Below, piece by piece: positions 10,970 to 19,614 of a stretch of 29,373 nt of DNA. How positions within the stretch are numbered: position 1 is the stretch's first letter; each line of letters begins with the position of its first letter. This stretch comes from Flavobacteriales bacterium. Lineage in GTDB: Bacteria; Bacteroidota; Bacteroidia; Flavobacteriales_D; Sanyastnellaceae. Position numbers and translations under genes: made by a program. The stretch is taken from assembly GCA_011524845.1 (NCBI GenBank), contig WTJL01000169.1:1-29373 (forward strand), given 5' to 3'. The notes beneath the pieces were generated by a model. That model saw only the letters and a program-made list of their open reading frames with translations, made no database searches and had not been told where the DNA came from.

Positions 10970-12400
10970 TCAGAGCTTGATGCAGATGTTTTGGGGTTCC
11001 GTGAAGAACTCCAAGGCGTCGAATCCACCTTCGCGTCCCAGGCCTGAGGCTTTGACGCCGCCAAACGGCGTGCGCAGGTCCCGAAGCAACCACGTGTTGA
11101 CCCACACGATGCCCGACTCGATGCCAGCGGCCACACGATGTGCGCGCTTGAGGTCGGTGGTCCACAGCGTGGCGGCCAACCCGTAGGCCGTGTCGTTGGC
11201 GAGGGCCAAGGCTTCCTCTTCCGTGTCGAAAGGCTGCAACGTGACCACGGGGCCAAAAATCTCCTCCTGGTTGGTGCGGCACTTGGGACCGAGTCCCTCA
11301 ATGACCGTCGGAGCCACGTAAAATCCGCCTTCCACGCCTGCGGGACGCAAGCGTTCTCCACCGCACAGCACCTGTCCCCCTTCTTCTTTGGCCAGTTCGA
11401 TGTAGGACAAAATCTTGTTCATGTGGGCCTCAGACACCACCGCACCGAGCTTGGTGCTTGGGTCCAAGGGGTCGCCCGCCACCATCTTGGACGCCTTGGC
11501 CACCAAGGCGTCTCGGAACGCGTCGTAGATGGACCGCTGGACGAGGATGCGGGACCCGCACAGGCAGATTTGGCCCTGGTTGGCGAAGGAACTGCGAAGG
11601 GTCGTGCGCAGCGCTTCTTCCATGTCCGCGTCTTCGAAGATGACCGCCGGGTTTTTGCCGCCGAGCTCAAGGCTCATCTTCTTGAATTTGGGCGCCACGT
11701 GTCCGGCGATGCGGGCGCCTGTCACGGTGCCTCCCGTGAAGGACACCGCGGCGATGTCAGGGTGGGTGACCATGGCCTCGCCGACCTCGGGTCCCAACCC
11801 ATGCAAGACGTTGAAGACCCCGTCAGGAAATCCGGCGTCTTTGATCCACGTGCTCAACAGGTACGCCGTGACTGGGGTCAATTCCGAAGGTTTGGCCACC
11901 ACGCAATTCCCCGCCGCCAAGGCAGGCGCCACTTTCCATGTGAACAGGTACAACGGCAAATTCCAAGGGCTGATGCACGCCACCACCCCAAGCGGCTTGC
12001 GCAGGGTGTAGTTGATGGCCTCCCCTTCCATGGCGTGGCTGTGGCTGGCGAAGTGCTGAATGCCGGACGCGTAAAAACGCAGGTTTTTCTCGGCTCGGGG
12101 AATGTCCACGTGCGCGGCGAGCGACACGGGCTTTCCATTGTCCTTGGCCTCCGCTTCGGCAAGCATGGCCGCGTTCGCCTGAACGGCGTCGGCCAACCGC
12201 TCCAAACAAGCCGCGCGTTCTGCCGCCGGCGTCTTCGACCAAGATGGGAATGCACGCTTGGCCGCAGCCATCGCCTTGTCGACCTCTGCCGCCCCTGAGC
12301 GCGGAATGGTGCCAAACTTTTCACCCGATCCGGGTGCCACATTTTCCAAGACCTGGGCGGTCGTTTGGAAGGCTCCATCCACAAAATTCAGTACCTCCAT
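10970..12400 (-). CDS. Aldehyde dehydrogenase, ALDH8 / 2-aminomuconate or 2-hydroxymuconate semialdehyde dehydrogenase family
   Basis: ISPWNLPL, KPSELTP, FTGGTVTG, LELGGKNP, catalytic NQGQICLCGSR, EEIFGPV motifs. Subfamily by resemblance only. Confidence 0.9.
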   Translation of the reverse strand: MEVLNFVDGAFQTTAQVLENVAPGSGEKFGTIPRSGAAEVDKAMAAAKRAFPSWSKTPAAERAACLERLADAVQANAAMLAEAEAKDNGKPVSLAAHVDIPRAEKNLRFYASGIQHFASHSHAMEGEAINYTLRKPLGVVACISPWNLPLYLFTWKVAPALAAGNCVVAKPSELTPVTAYLLSTWIKDAGFPDGVFNVLHGLGPEVGEAMVTHPDIAAVSFTGGTVTGARIAGHVAPKFKKMSLELGGKNPAVIFEDADMEEALRTTLRSSFANQGQICLCGSRILVQRSIYDAFRDALVAKASKMVAGDPLDPSTKLGAVVSEAHMNKILSYIELAKEEGGQVLCGGERLRPAGVEGGFYVAPTVIEGLGPKCRTNQEEIFGPVVTLQPFDTEEEALALANDTAYGLAATLWTTDLKRAHRVAAGIESGIVWVNTWLLRDLRTPFGGVKASGLGREGGFDALEFFTEPQNICIKL

Positions 12401-12407
12401 GATAGAC

Positions 12408-12415
12408 GAAAGTTA
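12408..12415 (-). promoter_or_regulatory. Putative -7 box (TAACTTTC) for the ALDH gene
   Basis: One mismatch to TAnnTTTG, 7 nt before the ATG at 12400. Confidence 0.55.
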
Positions 12416-12427
12416 CTTCTCCTTGTT

Positions 12428-12435
12428 TATCTTTG
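12428..12435 (+). promoter_or_regulatory. -7 box (TATCTTTG) for tRNA-Gln
   Basis: Exact TAnnTTTG match 17 nt upstream of the tRNA. Confidence 0.8.
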
Positions 12436-12452
12436 CGTCGCCTAAGCGCGAT

Positions 12453-12526
12453 TGCCCCATGGTGTAATGGTAACACACCGGTTTTTGGTACCGTTTTTCC
12501 AGGTTCGAGTCCTGGTGGGGCAACCA
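12453..12526 (+). tRNA. tRNA-Gln (anticodon UUG)
   Basis: Acceptor TGCCCCA/TGGGGCA with U1-A72, D-arm GTGT/ACAC, anticodon loop TTTTGGT, T-arm CCAGG-TTCGAGT-CCTGG, encoded CCA. Confidence 0.96.
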
Positions 12527-12532
12527 ACCACG

Positions 12533-12562
12533 AAAAAGCCGCCTCTGAAGGGCGGCTTTTTT
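12533..12562. terminator. Bidirectional intrinsic terminator between tRNA-Gln (+) and the OmpA/MotB gene (-)
   Basis: A5-GCCGCC-loop-GGCGGC-T6. Confidence 0.88.
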
Positions 12563-12587
12563 CATGCGCTGAAGTCGGCCCAGACGG

Positions 12588-13586
12588 TCAATCTGAGATG
12601 AGCTCGTACAGGCTGTCCAAGTTGGGGGCCAAAATCACCTCAATGCGACGGTTCTTCGCCTTGTCAGCGGCGTCCACAGGGTGGTATTCGCTCCGCCCTG
12701 AAGCAGACAGCATGGAGGGGTCCACTCCCGCATCTTCTAGCAGAATGTTCACCACGGCCGTGGCACGCAGGACGCTGAGTTCCCAGTTGTCGCGAGGAAT
12801 GCTCGTGCTGCGCAATTGATCCGTGTCGGTGTGGCCTTCCACGACGATTTCAAGGTCCGATTGCTCGGCGATCACCGAGGCAAGCCCCACAAGCGCTTCG
12901 CGACCCCGCGGATCGACAGAAGCACTTCCGCTGGGGAACAACAATTTGGCCTCCATGCTCACGTACACTTTGCCGTTTCGTTGCTCGACGTTCAACCCCT
13001 TGCCCTGGAAGCCGAGCAGCGCTTCCGCCAACCGAGCGCGGAGGGCTTCTGCGGCGCGTTCCCGAGCTGCCAACAAAGACTCGAGCTCCTCCACGCGCTT
13101 GCTTCGCGCCTCAAGGAGGGCCGACTTCTCGTTCAGGTCTTTTTCCAAGGCATTGAGACGGTCTTCACGCGTTTGCAATTCCTCCCGGATGCGCATCACG
13201 TCTTCGAGCAATTGCCGGTTCTCCTCGGCGATGTCGCTGAGGCGCCCAGAGCTTTGGTTGGTCAGGGCGTCGTTGAGTTCGGTCAAGCGGCCCACTTCCT
13301 CACGCAACCGCATGGCCTCGGTGCCGAGTTGATTGGCGTCCTCGGCCAACGCATCGTTTTCCGCAGTCAAACGTGCCACCTGCCCTTCCAACTCACGGCT
13401 GGACACCTGGGCGTCTTGGCGGGCCAAACGCAATTCAGAATTCTCCTTTTCTGCTTCGTCCAGTTGGGTCTGCAGCGCTTCGTATTGCTGCGTGGTCACG
13501 CAACCTGAAAGGAGCAGAAGGCATGCAACCAAGACGCTCGAAAGCGCGGGTTGCAGGAAGGGGAGTCGGAGGGCGGAACGCGTCAT
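12588..13586 (-). CDS. OmpA/MotB-family lipoprotein: long coiled coil plus C-terminal peptidoglycan-binding domain
   Basis: Lipobox LLLSGC, heptad-rich central region, LLFPSGSA...VEGHTD...NWELSVLRATAVV...NRRIEVIL. Start taken at ATG 13586; GTG 13616 is possible. Confidence 0.88.
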   Translation of the reverse strand: MTRSALRLPFLQPALSSVLVACLLLLSGCVTTQQYEALQTQLDEAEKENSELRLARQDAQVSSRELEGQVARLTAENDALAEDANQLGTEAMRLREEVGRLTELNDALTNQSSGRLSDIAEENRQLLEDVMRIREELQTREDRLNALEKDLNEKSALLEARSKRVEELESLLAARERAAEALRARLAEALLGFQGKGLNVEQRNGKVYVSMEAKLLFPSGSASVDPRGREALVGLASVIAEQSDLEIVVEGHTDTDQLRSTSIPRDNWELSVLRATAVVNILLEDAGVDPSMLSASGRSEYHPVDAADKAKNRRIEVILAPNLDSLYELISD

Positions 13587-13648
13587 GGCAAGAATGTTGA
13601 GGATGCGGGGAAGCACCTACGAAGTTCATGCCAATTCTACGACAGCAG

Positions 13649-13670
13649 AAAGGCGGCCAAGCCGCCTTTT
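13649..13670 (-). terminator. Probable terminator after the Cys-repeat lipoprotein gene
   Basis: AAAGGCGGC-ttg-GCCGCCTTT hairpin; short U tract on the minus strand. Confidence 0.6.
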
Positions 13671-13724
13671 CCACAGAGACATGTCAGCGCCGCAGGAACG
13701 AGTCCTCGGCCATGACGTCTCAAC

Positions 13725-14696
13725 TCAGTTGATGTTCAACTGGAAGCTTCCTTGGCTCAGCGTCGTGGCGGAGCCGATGGCGTCCATCACAGAACCGTTG
13801 AACGTGCCCACCACGTAACCGCCAGACACGGCGTCGATGTAGTTGATCGAGAACGTGGTGTTTCCGCCGTAAAGCGTGGTGTAGTTGGTTCCCGCCGTGC
13901 TGGTGTACGCCGCAGCTTGTGGCAACGACGTGGGGTTCAAGGCGATGATGTAGCCGTTGTACCATCCGTCGGCAGGCTCTGCCACCACAAAGCCGATCTG
14001 GGCGCCGGTCAAGCTCACTCCAGTGATTTGGAGGTTGCCTCCGACAATTTCCGCGGACGCTGTGGCGTCGCCGAAGTACTGGACGCCGGCGTTGTACCAC
14101 GTGATTTCCGACGCGCATGGCTCGCAGTTGGGGCCTCCGCAATCGATGTAGTCCTCGAGACCATCTTGGATGCCGTTGGTGCAATCGCACAAGCACTCGC
14201 AAGGGTCGCAGTCGCTGCCTCCGCAGTCGATGCCTGTCTCGTCCCCGTTGAGTTCCATGTCGTCGCAGGTGGGGCAAGGATCGCAATCCACACCCCCGCA
14301 GTCCACACCTTGCTCGTATCCATTCAGGAGACCGTCGCCGCACAGTTCAGGGCACGCAGGGCATCCATCGCATCCGCAGTCGATGCCTGTTTCCCCTTCG
14401 TCCAACACACCGTTGAAGTTGGTCGCGCAAGGCTCACAGCTTCCGCCGCAGTCCACCCACTGTTCGCCCAAAAGCGGATCCCACACTTCATTTTCACAGG
14501 GATCGCAAGGATCGCAAATGGGACCGCCGCAGTCGATGAGCTCTTCGCCGTTGTTCAAGATTTCATCGTAGCAGTTTTCGCCAATCAGGTTGTCGTCGTT
14601 GAGGCATCCCGTGAGGGTGAGGCCGGAAACGAGCACCGCGAAACACACGGCCATGAAACGACCAGCAGCGGAAGAAAAGAGTGGATGAGATGTCAT
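13725..14696 (-). CDS. Lipoprotein with six CxDGxxNGxExGxDCGGxxCxxC-type repeats and a C-terminal beta-rich (DUF6252-like) domain
   Basis: Lipobox LTLTGC; repeats at 14115-14576; C-terminal domain ends YVVGTFNGSV...LSQGSFQLNIN. The DUF assignment is by resemblance. Confidence 0.85.
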   Translation of the reverse strand: MTSHPLFSSAAGRFMAVCFAVLVSGLTLTGCLNDDNLIGENCYDEILNNGEELIDCGGPICDPCDPCENEVWDPLLGEQWVDCGGSCEPCATNFNGVLDEGETGIDCGCDGCPACPELCGDGLLNGYEQGVDCGGVDCDPCPTCDDMELNGDETGIDCGGSDCDPCECLCDCTNGIQDGLEDYIDCGGPNCEPCASEITWYNAGVQYFGDATASAEIVGGNLQITGVSLTGAQIGFVVAEPADGWYNGYIIALNPTSLPQAAAYTSTAGTNYTTLYGGNTTFSINYIDAVSGGYVVGTFNGSVMDAIGSATTLSQGSFQLNIN

Positions 14697-14701
14697 GTGC
14701 G

Positions 14702-14709
14702 TAATTTTG
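14702..14709 (+). promoter_or_regulatory. -7 box (TAATTTTG), probably for recJ
   Basis: Exact TAnnTTTG match 55 nt before the recJ ATG. Confidence 0.55.
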
Positions 14710-14716
14710 ACGAGGC

Positions 14717-14724
14717 GAAAGATA
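14717..14724 (-). promoter_or_regulatory. -7 box variant (TATCTTTC) for the Cys-repeat lipoprotein gene
   Basis: One mismatch to consensus, 20 nt before ATG 14696. Confidence 0.55.
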
Positions 14725-14764
14725 CAACTGGAACACCACTGGACCCCGCATCCCTCTCAGCACC

Positions 14765-16483
14765 ATGGACAACCTCGAATGGAAGCCTTCCAAAGCACCT
14801 GACTTTCAGGAAGTCGGTCGCCTGTCACAAGACACAGGCCTCAGCCCTTTGGTTGCATCCCTGCTGATCCAACGCGGCATGGGCACCGCGGATGAAGTGG
14901 AGGACTTTTTGGACCCCAGCCGCGACAAGATGCACGACCCCTTCTTGATGAAGGACATGGACAAAGCCGTGTCGCGAATCATGAAGGCCATCGAGCGCAA
15001 CGAGCGCATCATGGTCTACGGCGATTACGACGTGGACGGCACGACCTCGGTCGCCATGGTGTCGTCCTTCCTCAAAGGCCTTCAAGTCCCCGTGCTGCCT
15101 TACATCCCCATGCGGTACGGCGAAGGCTACGGGGTGTCGCCCAAAGGCGTCGAACGCGCCAAAGTGTCGGGGTGCACCCTGATCATCACCCTCGACTGCG
15201 GCACCAAGGACTTTGACGCCCTCGCCGCCGCGGCTGAAGCGGGCATCGACACCATCGTGTGCGACCACCACTTGCCCGCGGAGACGTTGCCTGTCACCCA
15301 CGCCCTGCTCAACCCCAAGCGGGAAGACTGCGGTTACCCCTTCAAAGAATTGTCGGGGGCTGGCGTGGCGTTCAAGCTGCTGACCGCGCTGGTCAACACC
15401 ATCGGTCTAACCATGTCGTCGGTCTACGACCACCTGGATTTGCTCGCGTTGAGCATCGGTGCCGACCTCGTCGACATCACCGGCGAAAACCGCATCCTGG
15501 CCCACCATGGCATGCGGAAGTTGCGCAAAACCATGCGTCCTGGGATCCGGGCCATGTTGCACGTGGCCAACATCGACCGCGTGCCCAACTCCGTCCGCGA
15601 CATCAGCTTCACCCTCGGACCTCGGATCAACGCCGCAGGACGCGTTGGGCACGCCTTGAAGGCGGTGGAGTTGCTCATGGCCGCGGACGACAACACGGCG
15701 TACGAACTCGCCTACGAGCTCGAGTCGATGAACCAAGCGCGCCGCGATCTGGACGAGGACATGACGGAAGAAGCGCTGGCCCAAATGGCGGAACAACCCG
15801 CCGGCCGATGCTGCACCGTGGTGTGCGGCGAGGGATGGCACCGCGGCGTGTTGGGCATTGTGGCCAGCCGCTTGGTGGAAGCCCGATACCGCCCCACCAT
15901 CGTCTTGAGCGAGGAGAACGGCCTTTTGATGGGCAGCGCCCGAAGCGTGCACGGCGTGGACATCCACGAAGCGCTGGAGGATTGTCGGTCGTACTTGGAG
16001 CAGTTTGGTGGCCACCCCATGGCCGCAGGACTTCAGCTGCGCAGCGACCAACTCAAGGACTTCACCGCCGCCATCGAAAAGAGCATTGCGTCACAAGTGA
16101 ATGGCCGAATCCCGGCGCCGAGCATCAGCTACCACCTCGAAATTGACCTCAACGCCATGACCCCTGACGTGTTCGAGCAGATGGGAAAGCTGGCTCCGTT
16201 TGGGCCTGGAAATGGCGTGCCGGTCTTCATGGCCAGCGGACTGAAAGCCGCGTTGCCCCCCCGAACCGTCGGACACCGAGGCCGTCACCTGAAGCTCATC
16301 CTTCAAACCGCCGACGTGCCGCAAACGCGTTTCGAGGCGATTGGGTTTGGCATGGGCGACCGCCTGGAAGAGGTGCGTCAAATGAAGGAAATGGACTTGG
16401 TGTTCACTTTGGTCCAAAACACCTTCCGCGGTCGCACGTCCCTCAACATGCACATCCGCGCCATTCGTCCGAGCGAGTCCTGA
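14765..16483 (+). CDS. recJ: Single-stranded-DNA-specific exonuclease RecJ
   Basis: HDPFLMKDMDKAV, YGDYDVDG, ITLDCG, DHH, GPRINAAGR, GSARS, FGGHPMAAG, LAPFGPGN motifs. Confidence 0.97.
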   Translation: MDNLEWKPSKAPDFQEVGRLSQDTGLSPLVASLLIQRGMGTADEVEDFLDPSRDKMHDPFLMKDMDKAVSRIMKAIERNERIMVYGDYDVDGTTSVAMVSSFLKGLQVPVLPYIPMRYGEGYGVSPKGVERAKVSGCTLIITLDCGTKDFDALAAAAEAGIDTIVCDHHLPAETLPVTHALLNPKREDCGYPFKELSGAGVAFKLLTALVNTIGLTMSSVYDHLDLLALSIGADLVDITGENRILAHHGMRKLRKTMRPGIRAMLHVANIDRVPNSVRDISFTLGPRINAAGRVGHALKAVELLMAADDNTAYELAYELESMNQARRDLDEDMTEEALAQMAEQPAGRCCTVVCGEGWHRGVLGIVASRLVEARYRPTIVLSEENGLLMGSARSVHGVDIHEALEDCRSYLEQFGGHPMAAGLQLRSDQLKDFTAAIEKSIASQVNGRIPAPSISYHLEIDLNAMTPDVFEQMGKLAPFGPGNGVPVFMASGLKAALPPRTVGHRGRHLKLILQTADVPQTRFEAIGFGMGDRLEEVRQMKEMDLVFTLVQNTFRGRTSLNMHIRAIRPSES

Positions 16484-16497
16484 AGATCGACTGAGCC

Positions 16498-17334
16498 TTA
16501 CGTGTTGGACACCCCGCGGTGGTCCACGACGTGCACATCTCTTTGCGGGAAAGGAACGACGATGCCATGTTCGCGGAACTTGGCGTCGATGGCCGTGCGA
16601 ACCCGGCTCTGAATGCCCATGCGGTCCCACGGATCGTCCAGCCATCCCATCACGCTGAAGTCCAGGGAAGACTCGCCGAAGTCTTGGAAAAAGACGGCCG
16701 GCTGTGGGTCCTTTCGGACTTCAGGCTGCAAGGCCATCGCTTCAGACAGCACCCGGGTGACCAAGGCCACGTCGCTTCCATAGGCGACCCCCACATTGAC
16801 CCGAATCCGCATGGCGCCGTCGCCCTGACTCAGGTTGACGACCGCCTCTCCCGCCACTTTGGAATTGGGCAGCACGATCAGTTCGCCTGCCACAGTCACC
16901 ACCCGTGTGGACCTCAAATCGATGCGCTCCACCCGAACCAGCTCACCGTCCACTTCCAAGACGTTGCCCACGGCCACGCCTCCTTCAAACAAAAGGACAA
17001 ACCCGCTGATCACGTCGTTGAAAAAGCCCTGCAATCCGATTCCCACCCCCACAAGGAGTGCCGCAGAACCAGCCCAAAGCGCGGTCAAGTCCACCCCCAA
17101 CACCGACAGCACGCCCATGGCGGCCAGGGTCCACACCACCGAGGTGAGCAGACGACGGATGATGAATTGCTTGCCCTCGTCCATGGACGACACCCGGCGG
17201 GCCCTGCGCAAGCCTCTTCGAACCAAGGCCAACCCAATGCGGGCCAACACAACCACCGCCGTGGCTTCCACCAGTTCGAGGACAGAGACACTGTGGTGCC
17301 CCAAAGTGAAAGTGTGGTTCAACAGTTCATTCAC
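16498..17334 (-). CDS. mscS: Small-conductance mechanosensitive channel (MscS family)
   Basis: TM helices then GIGLQGFFNDVISG, VGNVLEVD, IDLRSTRV, LPNSKV, VGVAYGSD, IVVPFPQRDVH. Start moved to GTG 17334 because the listed upstream extension overlaps dnaG. Confidence 0.9.
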   Translation of the reverse strand: MNELLNHTFTLGHHSVSVLELVEATAVVVLARIGLALVRRGLRRARRVSSMDEGKQFIIRRLLTSVVWTLAAMGVLSVLGVDLTALWAGSAALLVGVGIGLQGFFNDVISGFVLLFEGGVAVGNVLEVDGELVRVERIDLRSTRVVTVAGELIVLPNSKVAGEAVVNLSQGDGAMRIRVNVGVAYGSDVALVTRVLSEAMALQPEVRKDPQPAVFFQDFGESSLDFSVMGWLDDPWDRMGIQSRVRTAIDAKFREHGIVVPFPQRDVHVVDHRGVSNT

Positions 17335-17362
17335 GGGACAAGGGCTGAAGGGTTCAACACGT

Positions 17363-19405
17363 TCAAGGCAAAATGACCGTCCCAAAATGGGCCAAAGTCG
17401 CTTGAATCTGCCGGTCGAGGTCGACTTTTTGGGCCAAGAGGTCGCGCTCATCTTCAAGGGCGAGTTCTCCGGCTTCCAGCTTGGCAGACACCTCTCGCGA
17501 CGCCTCACGGAGGTCGGTCAGGTGCATCCGACGAAGGGAATCCTCGAGCAAAGCAAGCAATTGGTCGCGCTCCACCACGGGGTAAATCTTGTGCCGCTGC
17601 GACCAATTGGGGCTGAGCACGTGCTGTTGGACCAAGGCCCCCGCCACTTTTTGCTGGACGCCCATGTCCTGATCGTTGGCCAGTTGGTCCGCCGTGAGGA
17701 TGCGCTCGTGGTCCAATTCGTCTGAGAACCTTTTCACCACAGCCTGGTTCATGGGCTCCTGGATGTCGATGCCCTCCTCTTCGATTCGGTGGATGACCAA
17801 CTCAGCGAAGGGAACTTCGAGGGTGGTCGGCTCTGCACCTTCTTCGCCTTCCAGGGTGACCGACACCACCTCCGTCGCGTATTCAAGCAAAGCCCGAACG
17901 AGGTCGTTCTCGATGACCGCCCGCTCTGAAATGCGCGGGGTGAGGTCTTCTTGCGGAGGCGGCAGCTGGTCCACCGGCACGTTGCCGTAGGCCGCCCCAG
18001 GGTCACCGGGGAAGCCTGAGCCTTGCGGTGGGGGCATGGTTCCACCGGGTTGGGAGCCGTAAGGACTGGACTTTGCCGCGCGCTTGGCCGCGGCTTTGGA
18101 TTGCTCGTGAAGGACTTTGGCGACCTCAGTGCCGAGGACGTTCTCGTCCATCTTGAGCTGGGTCGAGGACGACTGAAGGTAGACCGACCGTTGAATGGCG
18201 TCGGGAATGGCCGCGATCGACGTCACCACCGACCGAACCATTTCGGCGCGCTTCATGGGGTCGTTGCCCGCCTCGTCAGAAAGCAACTTCGTTTTGAACT
18301 GCAGGAAATCCTGCGCGTCGTCGTGGATGGCGCTGTGCAGGGCGTCGCTGCCCACCTTCTTGGCGTACGTGTCGGGATCGTCGCCGTCGGGAAGCAGGAC
18401 CACTTTGACGGCCATGCCTTCCGCGAGCAGCATATCGATGCCGCGAAGCGATGCCCGAATCCCTGCCGCGTCTCCATCAAAAATGACGGTGACGTTCTTC
18501 GTGTAGCGACGGATGAGGTGGATTTGGCCAGTGGTGAGCGCGGTGCCGCTTGACGACACCACATTCTTCACCCCCGCCTGATGCATGGCCATCACGTCGG
18601 TGTACCCCTCCACAAGGAAGCACCTCTCCTCCTTGACGATGTCAGGCTTGGCAAGGTGCATGCCGTACAGCACCTTCGACTTGTTGTAGAGGACGCTTTC
18701 AGGCGAGTTGAAGTACTTGGCGACCTTCTTGTCTGTGGTCAATGTGCGGCCCCCAAACCCAATGACACGGCCCGTCACGTCCCGAATCGGGAACATCACC
18801 CGGCCTTTGAAAAAGTCCCACAGCGAGCCGTCGTCGCGTTGCTTGCACAGCCCGGCTTCCACCAATTTCTCCGCAGTGTATCCGGCTTCCTGGGCGGCCG
18901 TGGCCATGGCGTCCCATGAATCGGGGCTGTAGCCAATCAGGAACGTGTCGAGCACGTCGTCGCGAAAGCCACGTTCCACGAAGTAGCTGCGTCCAATGGC
19001 CTTGCCGGCCTCGGTGGTGCGCATTTGGTCCATGAACCACTTGGACGCCCAAGCGACCAAGTTGCCCAGTCCCTCCTTGGCCGTGGCGGCCGCGATTTCC
19101 TCGGGGGTGCGCTCTTTTTCCTGAACCTCGATGTTGTACCGACGCGCCAGCATCCGCAGCGCCTCAGGGTAGCTCGCCTTCTCCAGCTCCATCAGGAACG
19201 TCACCACACTTCCTCCCTTGCCGCTCGAGAAACACTTGAAGATGCCTTTGGCCGGCAGCACGTAAAACGACGGGGTCTTCTCGTTCGTGAACGGGCTCAG
19301 GCCACGCATTGAACTGCCCGATTTTTTCAATTCCACGTAGTCGCCAATCACCTCTTCGATGACGGCGGCATTCATGATTTGATCGACGGTTTCCTGAGGA
19401 ATCAT
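17363..19405 (-). CDS. dnaG: DNA primase
   Basis: GLSPFTNEKTPSF...FKCFSSG zinc-binding domain (Bacteroidota variant), RVMFPI, KYFNSPES, TOPRIM VEGYTDV and FDGDAAG, DPD. Start at ATG 19405. Confidence 0.97.
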   Translation of the reverse strand: MIPQETVDQIMNAAVIEEVIGDYVELKKSGSSMRGLSPFTNEKTPSFYVLPAKGIFKCFSSGKGGSVVTFLMELEKASYPEALRMLARRYNIEVQEKERTPEEIAAATAKEGLGNLVAWASKWFMDQMRTTEAGKAIGRSYFVERGFRDDVLDTFLIGYSPDSWDAMATAAQEAGYTAEKLVEAGLCKQRDDGSLWDFFKGRVMFPIRDVTGRVIGFGGRTLTTDKKVAKYFNSPESVLYNKSKVLYGMHLAKPDIVKEERCFLVEGYTDVMAMHQAGVKNVVSSSGTALTTGQIHLIRRYTKNVTVIFDGDAAGIRASLRGIDMLLAEGMAVKVVLLPDGDDPDTYAKKVGSDALHSAIHDDAQDFLQFKTKLLSDEAGNDPMKRAEMVRSVVTSIAAIPDAIQRSVYLQSSSTQLKMDENVLGTEVAKVLHEQSKAAAKRAAKSSPYGSQPGGTMPPPQGSGFPGDPGAAYGNVPVDQLPPPQEDLTPRISERAVIENDLVRALLEYATEVVSVTLEGEEGAEPTTLEVPFAELVIHRIEEEGIDIQEPMNQAVVKRFSDELDHERILTADQLANDQDMGVQQKVAGALVQQHVLSPNWSQRHKIYPVVERDQLLALLEDSLRRMHLTDLREASREVSAKLEAGELALEDERDLLAQKVDLDRQIQATLAHFGTVILP

Positions 19406-19433
19406 GGGGTGTGGTCGGCGCGTGGCGGGCCTA

Positions 19434-19441
19434 CGAAGATA
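19434..19441 (-). promoter_or_regulatory. -7 box variant (TATCTTCG) for dnaG
   Basis: One mismatch to consensus, 28 nt before the dnaG ATG; same variant as upstream of yicC. Confidence 0.6.
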
Positions 19442-19464
19442 CCCAAGATGGCGAGGATGCCATG

Positions 19465-19491
19465 AAAAACGGCACCCCATCAGGAGTGCCG
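19465..19491 (-). terminator. Intrinsic terminator upstream of the dnaG promoter
   Basis: CGGCACTCC-tgat-GGGGTGCCG followed by T5 on the minus strand. Confidence 0.8.
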
Positions 19492-19609
19492 CTCTCGGCG
19501 AAACGATCCTTCGCCAACCTGCTGCGCCACGGTGCGTTCACCACGGCGGCTTGAAACCTGAAGTTCCTGACGGCCTCGCTCCGTGGAGCTCGGACCGAGA
19601 AACTGAATC
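19465..19609 (-). ncRNA. Candidate ~145-nt structured non-coding RNA, family unassigned
   Basis: Bounded by an exact -7 box (19615-19622) and a terminator; three further hairpins with G-U pairs only on the minus strand; no credible ORF. Confidence 0.6.
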
Positions 19610-19614
19610 CAGGG

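Noticed and set aside
10970-12400. ALDH8-type gene without neighbouring kynurenine or meta-cleavage genes
   Set aside because: Scattered pathway genes are common; nothing in the sequence indicates a new role.
12453-12590. tRNA-Gln as an island integration site; ACCAACCA at its 3' end
   Set aside because: No integrase, no distant duplicate of the tRNA 3' end in the window, and no composition shift in flanking genes.
17940-18090. Pro/Gly-rich segment in DnaG
   Set aside because: Sits in the normally variable linker before the C-terminal helicase-binding region; no intein or insertion motifs.
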